DNA of 51,167 nucleotides from Clostridia bacterium (GTDB lineage Bacteria; Bacillota; Clostridia; UBA1381): NCBI GenBank assembly GCA_900770405.1, contig CAAGKL010000099.1, positions 1 to 51,167 of the forward strand, read 5' to 3'. Shown piece by piece: positions 42,405 to 51,167 of this stretch (position 1 is its first letter; each line of letters starts with the position of its first letter). The notes under the pieces were generated by a model. It saw only the letters and a program-made list of their open reading frames with translations, ran no database searches and was not told where the DNA came from. The position numbers and the translations under genes were made by a program.

Positions 42405-43796
42405 ATGAAGAATACCGAAAAGACAATGGATAAAATCGTTTCGCTCTGTAAGGGGAGAGGATATATTTTCCCGGGCAGCGAAATCTACGGCGGACTTGCG
42501 AATACCTGGGATTACGGCCCGCTCGGCGTGGAGTTCAAGAATAACGTCAAAAAGGCGTGGTGGAAAAAGTTCGTGTCGGGGTCGAAGTATAATGTCGGTG
42601 TTGACTGCGCGATACTGATGAACCCGCAGGTGTGGGTTGCGTCGGGGCACGTGGGCGGCTTTTCCGACCCGCTGATGGACTGTAAGGAGTGCAAGGCGCG
42701 CCACCGCGCGGACAAGCTCATCGAGGACTATGCATTTTCCAAGGGCGAGTCGCTGACGGTTGACGGCTGGAGCCACGAGAAGATGATCGACTACATAAAC
42801 GAGCACAACATCTGCTGCCCCGAGTGCGGCAAGCATAATTTCACCGACATTCGTCAGTTCAACCTGATGTTCAAGACCTTCCAGGGCGTTACCGAGGACT
42901 CGTCCTCGACGGTTTATCTGCGCCCCGAGACTGCACAGGGAATTTTTGTAAACTTCAAGAATGTGCAGCGCACAACGAGAAAGAAAATCCCGTTCGGTAT
43001 CGGACAGGTCGGAAAATCCTTCAGAAACGAGATTACCCCGGGTAACTTCACCTTCCGTACGCGTGAGTTTGAGCAGATGGAGCTCGAGTTCTTCTGCGCG
43101 CCGGGCAAGGATATGGAGTGGTTCTATTACTGGAAGGAATATTGTATGAACTGGCTGCTCTCGCTGGGCATCAAGGAGGAAAATGTACGCTTCCGCGACC
43201 ATTCGCCCGAGGAGCTGTCGCACTATTCAAATGCGACCACAGATATTGAGTTCGTGTTCCCGTTCGGCTGGGGCGAGCTTTGGGGCATTGCCGACAGAAC
43301 GGATTTTGATTTGAAGCAGCACCAGACCCACTCGGGCGAGAGTATGGAGTACATCGACCCGATTACTAATGAGCGCTATATTCCCTACTGCATCGAGCCG
43401 TCGCTCGGCGCGGACAGAGTTGCGCTGGCGTTCCTGGTTGAGGCGTATGACGAGGAGACGGTCGGCGAGAATGACACGAGAGTTGTAATGCATCTGCACC
43501 CGGCGCTCGCACCGGTCAAGGCTGCCGTTCTGCCGCTTTCAAAGAAGCTTTCCGAGGGCGCGGGCAAGGTTTACGAGGCGCTTTGCGAGAAGTATAATGT
43601 TGAGTACGACGAGTCGGGCTCAATCGGCAAGCGCTATCGCCGCCAGGACGAAATCGGCACGCCGGTTTGCATAACCTACGATTTTGACTCGGAAAATGAC
43701 GGCTGCGTCACGGTTCGCGACCGCGATACGATGGAGCAGCAGAGAATAAAGATATCCGACCTTGATGCATACATAGCAGCAAAGCTGAAATTCTAA
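42405..43796 (+). CDS. glyQS: glycine--tRNA ligase (dimeric class II GlyQS type)
   Basis: 463 aa. [45 protein letters not shown] (motif 2) and an anticodon-binding C-domain. Confidence 0.95.
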   Translation: MKNTEKTMDKIVSLCKGRGYIFPGSEIYGGLANTWDYGPLGVEFKNNVKKAWWKKFVSGSKYNVGVDCAILMNPQVWVASGHVGGFSDPLMDCKECKARHRADKLIEDYAFSKGESLTVDGWSHEKMIDYINEHNICCPECGKHNFTDIRQFNLMFKTFQGVTEDSSSTVYLRPETAQGIFVNFKNVQRTTRKKIPFGIGQVGKSFRNEITPGNFTFRTREFEQMELEFFCAPGKDMEWFYYWKEYCMNWLLSLGIKEENVRFRDHSPEELSHYSNATTDIEFVFPFGWGELWGIADRTDFDLKQHQTHSGESMEYIDPITNERYIPYCIEPSLGADRVALAFLVEAYDEETVGENDTRVVMHLHPALAPVKAAVLPLSKKLSEGAGKVYEALCEKYNVEYDESGSIGKRYRRQDEIGTPVCITYDFDSENDGCVTVRDRDTMEQQRIKISDLDAYIAAKLKF

Positions 43797-43975
43797 ACTG
43801 ACGTGAAAAATCCGCGGCGCATCTTGCCTCCTTTCGAGGTTGGGAGTATCGATATACGCCGTCGCCGTTCAGGAAGGCAACCTGCTTTCGCCTTTTCTAT
43901 GTCACAACAGAGACCCGCGGCGCGTTTTCCGCGCTATAAATTTTGTCGCCGTGCGGCGGCGGATAGGAGATTAAA

Positions 43976-44386
43976 ATGTCGCTTTTCAAGGAATTTAAAG
44001 ATTTTATTTCGCGCGGCAATATTTTCGATATGTCGGTCGGCGTAATTGTCGGCGGCGCATTTTCAAAAATTGTCACCGCGCTGACGCAGACGGTTATTAT
44101 GCCGGTAATCACGATTTTCACGGGCAAGCTGAATGTGTCCGAGCTGACGGCTATGATCGGCTCGACCGAAATCCCCTACGGGCAGTTTTTGCAGGCGGTT
44201 ATTGATTTCCTGATAACCGCGGCGGCGATTTTCGTGATGATAAAGGCGGTAAAAAGCGCGAACGAGCGAATGAGCGGGCTGACGCACAAAAAGGAAGAGG
44301 AACCCGAGCCCGAGCCTGAGCCTGAGCCGTCGGAGGAGGAAAAGCTCCTGCGCGAAATCCGCGACCTTTTAAAAAGTAAAGAATAA
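43976..44386 (+). CDS. mscL: large-conductance mechanosensitive channel
   Basis: MSLFKEFKDFISRGNIFDMSVGVIVGGAF N-terminus and two TM helices. It carries an acidic EEEPEPEPEPEPSEEE insert before the C-terminal helix. Confidence 0.92.
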   Translation: MSLFKEFKDFISRGNIFDMSVGVIVGGAFSKIVTALTQTVIMPVITIFTGKLNVSELTAMIGSTEIPYGQFLQAVIDFLITAAAIFVMIKAVKSANERMSGLTHKKEEEPEPEPEPEPSEEEKLLREIRDLLKSKE

Positions 44387-44396
44387 TTGCACAAAG

Positions 44397-44429
44397 GCGG
44401 ACATATATATGAGTATGTCCGCTTTTTTT
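44397..44429 (+). terminator. intrinsic terminator after mscL
   Basis: GCGGACATatatatgagtATGTCCGC followed by T7. Confidence 0.8.
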
Positions 44430-44460
44430 GCGGGAAAAAATAATAAAGGAGAATGAAATT

Positions 44461-44751
44461 ATGCCGGCGGAAAGAATTACACGGGTGCAGGTATCCGAAA
44501 AAAAGCAAACTCTGAATCTGGAAAATCGTGAGAGTCTTACTGTGACGGGAGCGGGCAGTATACTTGAGTTTTCCGACACTGCGGTGGAGCTTGAAACAAG
44601 TATGGGCATACTCTGCGTTAAGGGTAAGAGCTTAAAAATCGCAAATATTTCCGAGCAGAGCGGGCTTGCCGAAATCCGCGGGGAAATCTCGGCGATGGAG
44701 TACAAAAAGCAGGGCGGCGGCAAGAGCTTTTTAAAGAGCCTGTTTAAATAA
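44461..44751 (+). CDS. yabP: sporulation protein YabP
   Basis: ATG after AAAGGAGAA. YabP/YqfC-family pattern (LENRESLTVTGAGSILEFSDTAVELET...LCVKGKSLKI). Conserved yabP-yabQ-divIC-yabR order. Confidence 0.85.
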   Translation: MPAERITRVQVSEKKQTLNLENRESLTVTGAGSILEFSDTAVELETSMGILCVKGKSLKIANISEQSGLAEIRGEISAMEYKKQGGGKSFLKSLFK

Positions 44752-44752
44752 T

Positions 44753-45421
44753 ATGCTGACGCCGATAAGCACGGAGGCGGCGGGCTTTCTGATGTTTTTT
44801 ACCGCGGGGGCGGGGTGCGGCGCGCTCTACCATATTTTTTCGGTGATAATCCCCGCCGCATTCCCGAAAAAGCGTGCCGCGGTCTGCACGCTGACGGCGG
44901 CTGCGTGCTTTTACGCAATGTACGCCGCGGCGTACGCCTATAATTTCGCCGCCCCAAGATTTTTCTTTGCCGCGGGCGTATTTTTGGGGTTTGCGGTGTA
45001 CTTTCTGACGCTCGGGAGGGTGTTTTTGCCGTTTTTTACAGTTATTTGGAAAAAAATTTTGCAAATTACGGAATTTATTTTCAAAATACTCTTGACACCG
45101 GCGCGGTTTTTGAATAAAATTATACTGATACCGTTGTATTCTGCGGCGGTGGGATTAATAGGTCTGTTAAAGGTGAAAGCGTTAAAATGCTTCGGGAGAT
45201 TTGCAGATGAAAAGAAGAGAAGAAAAGAAAAAAGTAAGCACGCCGAAAAAAAAAGGATTTTTCAAAAGCACGCTCGGTTTGGGCATAATATGCGCGATAG
45301 CGTCGGTGGTAATGCTCGCACGCGGCGTCGCGGTGCAGCCCGACATAAACGAAAACAAAAAGGCGGCGGCAGAGCTCGACGCGCAGATAGCGCAGGAGAA
45401 GGAACGCCAGGCGCAGGTTGA
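44753..45421 (+). CDS. yabQ: spore cortex biosynthesis protein YabQ-like membrane protein, C-terminus uncertain
   Basis: Starts 1 nt after the yabP stop. Hydrophobic N-part with the position and topology expected of YabQ. The frame has no stop until 45421 and overlaps divIC out of frame by about 215 nt. Confidence 0.6.
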   Translation: MLTPISTEAAGFLMFFTAGAGCGALYHIFSVIIPAAFPKKRAAVCTLTAAACFYAMYAAAYAYNFAAPRFFFAAGVFLGFAVYFLTLGRVFLPFFTVIWKKILQITEFIFKILLTPARFLNKIILIPLYSAAVGLIGLLKVKALKCFGRFADEKKRRKEKSKHAEKKRIFQKHARFGHNMRDSVGGNARTRRRGAARHKRKQKGGGRARRADSAGEGTPGAG

Positions 45422-45533
45422 TAAAATGCGCGAAAACTCGGACAGCGACGAGTATATCGAAAAGATTGCGCGCGAACGGCTCGGAATGGTTAAAAACGAT
45501 GAAATCGTGTTCATAGACGTATCGGAAAAGTAG
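45207..45533 (+). CDS. divIC: septum formation initiator family protein (DivIC/FtsB)
   Basis: ATG 8 nt after GGGAG. Basic N-terminus, one TM helix (LGLGIICAIASVVML), coiled coil, and the conserved C-terminal EYIEKIARERLGMVKNDEIVF. Confidence 0.85.
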   Translation: MKRREEKKKVSTPKKKGFFKSTLGLGIICAIASVVMLARGVAVQPDINENKKAAAELDAQIAQEKERQAQVDKMRENSDSDEYIEKIARERLGMVKNDEIVFIDVSEK

Positions 45534-45557
45534 TGCTAAGGAGGAAGAGTCCGGAAA

Positions 45558-46010
45558 ATGTCATTAGAGGTAGGAAGTATTGTTGAAGGAAAGGTCACGA
45601 AAATAATGCCGTTCGGGGCATTTGTTTCGTTGCCCGAAAAGAAGTCCGGGTTGGTACATATCAGCGAGGTTGCGCGCGATTATGTCGAGAATATTGCCGA
45701 CCATCTCAAGGAGGGCGACACGGTCAAGGTCAAGGTCATCAGGATTGACGATGCCGGCAAGCTCAGCCTTTCTATCAAGCAGGCGCTCGAGCCGAAAAAG
45801 CGCGGCGAGAAAAAATCCGGCGAACGCCGCAGCACAGGTCCTGTGCGCCCGGCGGACATCGACTGGGGTGCGGAGCGCGGCGCGGATATGTCCTTTGAGG
45901 ATAAGCTCAGCCGCTTCAAGCAGGACGCCGATGAGAAAATGCAGGCGCTCAGACGCTCGAACGACTCCAAACGCTCGGGGGGCTATCGCCGCGGCGGCGG
46001 TTCTTACTGA
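45558..46010 (+). CDS. yabR: S1 RNA-binding domain protein (YabR-like)
   Basis: VGSIVEGKVTKIMPFGAFVSLPEKKSGLVHISEV S1 fold with a basic C-terminal tail. Confidence 0.85.
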   Translation: MSLEVGSIVEGKVTKIMPFGAFVSLPEKKSGLVHISEVARDYVENIADHLKEGDTVKVKVIRIDDAGKLSLSIKQALEPKKRGEKKSGERRSTGPVRPADIDWGAERGADMSFEDKLSRFKQDADEKMQALRRSNDSKRSGGYRRGGGSY

Positions 46011-46036
46011 TACTTAAAGAGGATATTTTGTGATTA

Positions 46037-46088
46037 AATCGTTCAGATTTCCGCTTGGCGCAAAAAGCGGCTTTGTGAACGATTTTTT
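46037..46088 (+). terminator. intrinsic terminator after yabR (compound hairpin)
   Basis: AATCGTTCA...TGAACGATT outer stem enclosing CCGCTT...AAGCGG, followed by T6. Confidence 0.6.
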
Positions 46089-46152
46089 GCAATTGCGGCT
46101 GTTTTTTGCAGCCGGGATTTGAGCCGCCGACGGCGGCGGAATGGAGATTACA

Positions 46153-47604
46153 ATGGATAAAAATAACTACACCCTTCTGACTGATTTTTACGAATTTACG
46201 ATGGCAAACGGCTTCTGGCGCGAGGGCTTTCGCGACCGCATCGCCTACTTTGATATGTTTTTCAGAAAAATTCCCGACGACGGCGGATTTGCGATAATGG
46301 CGGGTGTCGAGCAGCTTATCGACTACCTCAAAAGCCTGTCCTTCTCCGATGAGGATATCGAATATCTGCGCTCGAAGGGGATTTTTTGCGAGGAATACCT
46401 TGAGTACCTGCGCAATTTCAAATTCGCCTGCGACGTCTGGGCAGTGCCGGAGGGCACGCCGATTTTCCCGCACGAGCCGATAGTCGTCGTGCGCGGACCG
46501 GTTGTGCAGGCGCAGCTTGTTGAGACGATGGTGCTTCTGACGATAAACCACCAGAGCCTGATTGCGACAAAGACGAACAGGATTGTGCGCGCCGCCGGGG
46601 GACGCCCGGTTATGGAGTTCGGCTCGCGCCGCGCGCAGGGGTACAATGCGGCAATTCTCGGCGCACGCGCGGCGTACATTGCCGGCTGCGTGGGCACGGC
46701 GTGCGCGCTTGCCGACCGCGACTATGGTGTGCCGGCGCTCGGCACGATGGCGCACAGCTGGGTGCAGCTTTTCGACAGCGAGTATGACGCCTTTCGCGCA
46801 TATGCCGAAACCTACCCCGACGGCTGCACGCTTTTGGTCGACACCTATAACGTGTTGAAATCCGGCGTGCCGAACGCAATCCGCGTATTCGACGAGGTTT
46901 TGAAACCGATGGGCAAGCGCCCGTGCGGCATACGCATCGACTCGGGTGACATAACCTATCTGTCCAAGCGCTGCCGCAAAATGCTCGACGATGCGGGCTA
47001 TCCCGACTGCGGGATTGTCGCGTCAAATTCGCTCGACGAGTACATTATCCGCGATATGATAATGCAGGGCGCGAAAATCGACTCCTTCGGCGTCGGCGAG
47101 CGGCTCGTCACGTCGAAATCCGAGCCGGTTTTCGGCGGCGTGTACAAGCTTGCCGCGGTCGAGACGGACGGCGAAATTGTGCCGAAGATAAAAATTTCGG
47201 AGAATGTGGAAAAGATAACGACGCCGGGCTTTAAGCAGGTTTACCGCCTGTATGCGCGCGAAAATTCCGCCGCGATTGCCGACGTGATTACGCTGCACGA
47301 CGAGGTTATCGACAATGACGCGCCGTACGAAATTTTCGACCCGGAGCATACCTGGAAGCGCAAGACGATTACCGATTTTTATGCGCGCCCGCTGCTTAAG
47401 AAGGTTTTTGAAAACGGAAAATGCGTGTATGAAAATCCCTCGCTCGACGCGCTGCGCGAGTATTGCCGGCTTGAGGTGGACGGGCTGTGGGACGAGGTAA
47501 AGCGGTTCGAGAACCCGCACACCTACTATGTCGACCTGTCGAAAAAGCTTTGGGATGTGAAGTACGGTCTTTTGGAGAAATATGATGGAAACAAAAATTT
47601 ATAA
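46153..47604 (+). CDS. pncB: nicotinate phosphoribosyltransferase
   Basis: LLTDFYEFTMANGFW N-terminus, GSRRAQG and GTMAHSW motifs. ATG at 46153 follows GGAGA; ATG at 46141 is an alternative. Confidence 0.9.
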   Translation: MDKNNYTLLTDFYEFTMANGFWREGFRDRIAYFDMFFRKIPDDGGFAIMAGVEQLIDYLKSLSFSDEDIEYLRSKGIFCEEYLEYLRNFKFACDVWAVPEGTPIFPHEPIVVVRGPVVQAQLVETMVLLTINHQSLIATKTNRIVRAAGGRPVMEFGSRRAQGYNAAILGARAAYIAGCVGTACALADRDYGVPALGTMAHSWVQLFDSEYDAFRAYAETYPDGCTLLVDTYNVLKSGVPNAIRVFDEVLKPMGKRPCGIRIDSGDITYLSKRCRKMLDDAGYPDCGIVASNSLDEYIIRDMIMQGAKIDSFGVGERLVTSKSEPVFGGVYKLAAVETDGEIVPKIKISENVEKITTPGFKQVYRLYARENSAAIADVITLHDEVIDNDAPYEIFDPEHTWKRKTITDFYARPLLKKVFENGKCVYENPSLDALREYCRLEVDGLWDEVKRFENPHTYYVDLSKKLWDVKYGLLEKYDGNKNL

Positions 47605-48613
47605 GATAAGCTCGTCGGACGATGCGCGCCTTGCGGAGCTAGGCGCAATGATACGCGCGGGTAGGCTCGTGAGCTTTCCGACCGAAACGGTCTACGGGCT
47701 CGGCGCGAACGCGTTCGATGCCGATGCGGCGCGGCGCGTGTTCGAGGCGAAGGGCAGACCCGGCGACAACCCGCTGATTGTGCACCTGACCGATGTGTCG
47801 CAGCTCGGCGAGGTTGCGCGCGAGGTGCCGCCGACGGCGCTGCGGCTGTTTGAAAAATTTTCACCCGGACCGCTGACGGTGATATTGAAAAAAAGTGAAA
47901 AAATCCCGCCCGAGGTGACGGCGGGGCTGGATACGGTTGCGGTGCGGATACCGTCGCACCCGATTGCGCGCGCGCTGATTGACGCAGCGGGCGTGCCGAT
48001 TGCGGCGCCTTCGTCGAATTTGTCGGGCAGACCGAGCCCGACGCGCGCGGAGCACGTGATTACCGACCTCAACGGCAGGATCGACGCGATAATCGACGGC
48101 GGCGCGTGCAGCGTCGGCGTTGAGTCGACGGTGGTCGAGCTTTGCGGCGAGGGCGTGAATATTCTGCGCCCGGGCGGAATCTGCCGCGCGGAGCTTGCCG
48201 CGGTTTTGCCGGAGGTGGGCGTTGACCGCCATATTACCGAGCCGGTCAAGCCGGGCGAGATTGTGCGCTCGCCGGGAATGAAGTATAAGCACTACGCGCC
48301 AGACGCGTACGTGACGGTCATCTCGGGCGAAAAAAATGCCGCGGCGCGGAAAATTCGCGAAATGCTCGCGGAGCACACCGGCGAGAACTGCGGGGTTATG
48401 TGCTATGACGGCTTTGCGTTCGAGGCACAGGCGGTGCTGTATATGGGCGCGGATAATGTGACCTATGCCGAGCGGCTTTTTGATACGCTGCGGCGGTTTG
48501 ACGCGCTCGGAATTGATGTGGTTTTTGCGCAGTTTGAGGACGATGACGGCGCGGGTATGGCGGTGCGCAACCGGCTGTTCAAGTCGGCGGCGGGGCGCGT
48601 GATTGCCGTTTGA
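47582..48613 (+). CDS. tsaC: L-threonylcarbamoyladenylate synthase (Sua5/YwlC type with C-terminal Sua5 domain)
   Basis: FPTETVYGLGANAFD, KGRPGDNPLIVH and SSNLSGRPSPT motifs. 343 aa. Confidence 0.9.
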   Translation: MMETKIYKISSSDDARLAELGAMIRAGRLVSFPTETVYGLGANAFDADAARRVFEAKGRPGDNPLIVHLTDVSQLGEVAREVPPTALRLFEKFSPGPLTVILKKSEKIPPEVTAGLDTVAVRIPSHPIARALIDAAGVPIAAPSSNLSGRPSPTRAEHVITDLNGRIDAIIDGGACSVGVESTVVELCGEGVNILRPGGICRAELAAVLPEVGVDRHITEPVKPGEIVRSPGMKYKHYAPDAYVTVISGEKNAAARKIREMLAEHTGENCGVMCYDGFAFEAQAVLYMGADNVTYAERLFDTLRRFDALGIDVVFAQFEDDDGAGMAVRNRLFKSAAGRVIAV

Positions 48614-48629
48614 CAGAGGAGGAACAGAT

Positions 48630-49076
48630 ATGAATGTTTTGTTTGTTTGCACGGGCAACACCTGCCGCTCACCGATGGCGGCGGCGCTGTTCAATAAGAT
48701 AGCGATGGAGCGCAGGCTTGATGTTCGGATTGAATCGGCGGGAATTTTCGCCGCGGACGGAGAGCCGGCATCGACCGAGGCGGTCGTTGTGATGAAAGAG
48801 TATGGGATTGACCTTCTGGGCTTTCACGCGCAGAGCATAAACACCGAGCTTTTGGAAAAATGCGATTTGATTTTGACGATGACCGCGGCGCATAAGATGG
48901 TTCTGGAGCAGAATGCCGCAGGCAAGGTCTATACGCTTTGCGAATATGCGGGGCTGGAGGGGGATATTCCCGACCCGTTCGGCGGCAGCGTCGGCGATTA
49001 CGAGCTGTGCGCAAAGCGGATTTACGAGGCGTTGGAAAAATGCGCGGACAGGCTTGAGGGGGAAAAACAGGCGTGA
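48630..49076 (+). CDS. ywlE: low-molecular-weight protein arginine/tyrosine phosphatase
   Basis: ATG after AGGAGGAA. VLFVCTGNTCRSPMA (CX5R(S/T) P-loop) and DPFG Asp loop. Sits downstream of ywlC/tsaC, as in Bacillus. Confidence 0.85.
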   Translation: MNVLFVCTGNTCRSPMAAALFNKIAMERRLDVRIESAGIFAADGEPASTEAVVVMKEYGIDLLGFHAQSINTELLEKCDLILTMTAAHKMVLEQNAAGKVYTLCEYAGLEGDIPDPFGGSVGDYELCAKRIYEALEKCADRLEGEKQA

Positions 49077-49110
49077 TGAAGCTGCCGACGGCAGCGGATT
49101 GGAGATAAAA

Positions 49111-49560
49111 ATGTGTGCTATCCGTGAAATGACGGCGGCGGACGCCGGTGCGCTTGCGGCGCTGGATTTGCAGTGCTTTTCGATGCCGTGGTCGGAGCGA
49201 TCCTTTGCCGATGAGGCGGAAAACCCGATTGCGCGGTATTTTGTTGCCTGCGATGACGGCGGCGAAATTATCGGCTATGCCGGCTATTGGCGCGTCGGCG
49301 ATGAGGCGGATATTACGAATGTTGCCGTGGCGGAGAATATGCGCCGGCGCGGGATTGCGTCCGCGCTGATGGAAAAGCTTGTGCGGCTGGCAAGAAAAGA
49401 GGGGCTGCTGCTGATGACGCTTGAGGTCAGGAAAAGCAATGCGCCCGCCCGCGCGCTGTATGAGCGGTTCGGGTTCGAGGCGCTCGGCGAGCGGAAAAGC
49501 TACTATATAAATCCGCGCGAGGACGCGGTCATAATGACCCTCGGATTAGGAGAAATGTGA
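49111..49560 (+). CDS. rimI: ribosomal-protein-alanine N-acetyltransferase
   Basis: ATG after GGAGA. GNAT motif A ([17 protein letters not shown]). Adjacent to and overlapping tsaD, as is typical. Confidence 0.85.
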   Translation: MCAIREMTAADAGALAALDLQCFSMPWSERSFADEAENPIARYFVACDDGGEIIGYAGYWRVGDEADITNVAVAENMRRRGIASALMEKLVRLARKEGLLLMTLEVRKSNAPARALYERFGFEALGERKSYYINPREDAVIMTLGLGEM

Positions 49561-50567
49561 TGGAAACTTTGATTTTGGGAATAGAGAGCTCCTGCGATGA
49601 AACCGCGGCGGCGGTTGTGGCGGACGGGAAAAGGGTACTGTCGAATGTGATTAATTCGCAGATTGACCTGCATAAAAGGTACGGCGGCGTCGTGCCGGAA
49701 ATCGCGTCGCGCAATCATATAATGAATATTTCGCCGGTGGTGGACGAGGCGCTCGCGGCGGCGGGGGTGGAATTTTCCGACCTGTCGGCGATTGCTGTCA
49801 CATACGGGCCGGGGCTCGTGGGCGCGCTTCTGGTGGGCGTGTCCTACGCAAAGGCGCTGGCGTATGCGCTCGGCAAGCCGCTCGTCGGCGTGCATCACAT
49901 TCGCGGGCACATCACGGCGAACGCGATTGCGCACCCGGAGGTTGAGCCGCCGTATGTCTGCCTGGTCGCGTCGGGCGGTCATTCGCATATCGTCAGGGTC
50001 GAGGATTATACGCATTTTGAGGTGCTGGCGCGAACGCGCGATGACGCGGCGGGCGAGGCGTTTGATAAAATTGCGCGCGTGCTCGGGCTGGGCTATCCCG
50101 GCGGGCCGCTGATTGATAAGCTGGCGAAGGAGGGCGATGCGCACGCCGTGGAATTTCCGCGGGTTCAGATGGCGGAGGGGTCACTCGATTTCAGCTTTTC
50201 GGGCGTGAAAACCGCGGTGATAAATTATCTGCATAAGGCGGAGATGAAGGGCGAAAGGGTTTGCCGCGCGGACGTTGCGGCGAGCTTTCAGAATGCGGTG
50301 TGCGAGGCGCTGTGCTCGCATACGCTGCGCGCGGCGACGGATGCGGGCGTCGGCACGATTGCGCTTGCGGGCGGGGTTGCGTCGAACAGTGCGCTGCGCG
50401 CGATGATGACCGCCGAGGCGGCAAAGCGCGGCATTGCGGTGATTTATCCGCCGCCGATTTTGTGCACCGATAACGGCGCGATGATTGGCGCGGCGGGGTA
50501 CTACGGCTATATAAACGGCGATTTTGCGCCGCTTGATCTGAATGCCGTGCCGAATTTGCCGCTTTAA
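49557..50567 (+). CDS. tsaD: tRNA N6-adenosine threonylcarbamoyltransferase
   Basis: [16 protein letters not shown], metal-binding [16 protein letters not shown]. 336 aa. Confidence 0.95.
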   Translation: MMETLILGIESSCDETAAAVVADGKRVLSNVINSQIDLHKRYGGVVPEIASRNHIMNISPVVDEALAAAGVEFSDLSAIAVTYGPGLVGALLVGVSYAKALAYALGKPLVGVHHIRGHITANAIAHPEVEPPYVCLVASGGHSHIVRVEDYTHFEVLARTRDDAAGEAFDKIARVLGLGYPGGPLIDKLAKEGDAHAVEFPRVQMAEGSLDFSFSGVKTAVINYLHKAEMKGERVCRADVAASFQNAVCEALCSHTLRAATDAGVGTIALAGGVASNSALRAMMTAEAAKRGIAVIYPPPILCTDNGAMIGAAGYYGYINGDFAPLDLNAVPNLPL

Positions 50568-50579
50568 TAGGAGCGGCGA

Positions 50580-50762
50580 ATGAGGGTAAAATACATGGGT
50601 GATTACTATAAAGTATCGCTCGACAAGAATAAAATATATAATGTTTTAACAATAGAAAAAGACTGGTACAGAATTATCGATGAAACCGGAGAGGATTATC
50701 TTTATCCGTCGGAGGAGTTTGAGATAGTTGAGGCTGACAGCGCTCTTTACAAAGCAGAATGA
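50580..50762 (+). CDS. hypothetical small acidic protein (60 aa)
   Basis: ATG after AGGAGCGG. Codon usage has lower GC than the neighbours. No family recognised. Confidence 0.4.
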   Translation: MRVKYMGDYYKVSLDKNKIYNVLTIEKDWYRIIDETGEDYLYPSEEFEIVEADSALYKAE

Positions 50763-50774
50763 ATATGTTATAAT
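50746..50774 (+). promoter_or_regulatory. sigma-A type promoter of the structured leader
   Basis: TTTACA, 17-nt spacer, TATAAT. It overlaps the stop of the 60-aa ORF. Confidence 0.55.
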
Positions 50775-50780
50775 GATAAA

Positions 50781-51013
50781 ACAAGGTCAGATGCTTGAGG
50801 TGGTCAATTTCGTGGCAGCCACACGCTGATGGTTTGACAGGAGGAAGCTCCGAGAGATGCAGGGGAACGCCACGCCTGCCAAGCGGCTGACAGGAACAGG
50901 TATTTTGAAGTAGAGAATGTGCTGCTACACACCGAAGCGGTCAAAAGAAATGCGGGAAAAGGGCACACCCGCCAAAATACCGAAAAAGGGATTGTATTTG
51001 CAGTCCCTTTTTT
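50781..51013 (+). promoter_or_regulatory. approx. 230-nt structured leader or sRNA ending in an intrinsic terminator (riboswitch-like, class unresolved)
   Basis: GC-rich noncoding tract with several local helices: GTCAA/TTGAC, GCAGG/CCTGC, GGAG-gaag-CTCC, GCGGG/CCCGC. It ends with GGGATTGtatttgCAGTCCC followed by T6 (50988-51013). No credible ORF on either strand. Confidence 0.4.
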
Positions 51014-51167
51014 ATGCCCAATAGAGAGGTGCAAAACGCATGATATGAAAAACAGAAAAAACATCAAGCAATCCGAATAACGCAACAAAAAAAACCGGCA
51101 AAAGAGAGCATGGCAAACAAGCCTTGCGGCGAAAATCATAAATTTTCGGTTTTAAAAATTATCAAGC

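Noticed and set aside
42327-43223. 298-aa ORF antisense to glyQS; similar antisense ORFs at 45949-46755, 47861-48694, 31544-32524 and 49503-50144
   Set aside because: All lie opposite strongly supported genes, lack motifs and show shadow-ORF composition.
50804-51139. 111-aa minus-strand ORF
   Set aside because: It is antisense to the promoter/terminator-bounded structured leader. There is no RBS, and the hydrophobic or odd composition is consistent with chance.
1-51167. CRISPR arrays, IS elements or transposases, integrases, prophage genes, tRNA or rRNA genes
   Set aside because: A visual scan found no regularly spaced direct repeats and no recombinase or transposase motifs in any ORF-track translation. 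No tRNA- or rRNA-like sequence was seen either. The only repeat families seen are the sRNA pair and the inverted repeat at 22.8 kb.

Overview
This window looks like a GC-rich Firmicutes chromosome segment, probably a sporulating Clostridia-type organism, with short AT-rich intergenic regions. It is almost entirely housekeeping. All family calls rest on motifs I recognise in the ORF-track translations; no database search was run. Start codons were re-picked by RBS and by overlap with the upstream stop, so they are less certain than stops.

Gene content, left to right:
- SDR oxidoreductase, SEDS (RodA/FtsW) protein, metY, birA, TrkA-type RCK protein and an ECF S-component-like protein.
- rsmG-noc, an XRE regulator, a PP-loop ATPase, a patatin-like lipase and a NusG_II/Gx-transporter pair.
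- uppP, coaE, polA and ung.
- An SLH-glucosaminidase, an ABC-F protein and a lipoprotein.
- lgt, tex, and dxs-tlyA-ispE.
- A complete Enterococcus-type V-ATPase operon (ntpFIKECGABD order).
- glyQS, mscL, yabP-yabQ-divIC-yabR, pncB, and tsaC-ywlE-rimI-tsaD.

I saw no CRISPR array, IS element, prophage, tRNA or rRNA.

The most interesting signals lie outside the ORF track:
1. A compact convergent locus at 17.9-18.2 kb encodes a 20-aa hydrophobic peptide with a sequestered SD. A promoter- and terminator-equipped antisense sRNA overlaps its 3' end, which is type I toxin-antitoxin-like architecture.
2. A second, diverged copy of that sRNA lies 4.5 kb away in inverted orientation. It carries a compensatory stem change.
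3. A DnaA-box cluster with two perfect inverted TTATCCACA boxes sits at a gene-orientation switch upstream of glyQS.
4. There are several structured noncoding tracts: a hairpin-dense 300-bp region with a long inverted repeat, an approx. 230-nt promoter-to-terminator leader of unknown class at the 3' edge, and attenuator-like structures upstream of dxs and inside the V-ATPase operon.
5. Three reading-frame oddities occur at or near homopolymer runs. They may be assembly indels or real frameshifts.
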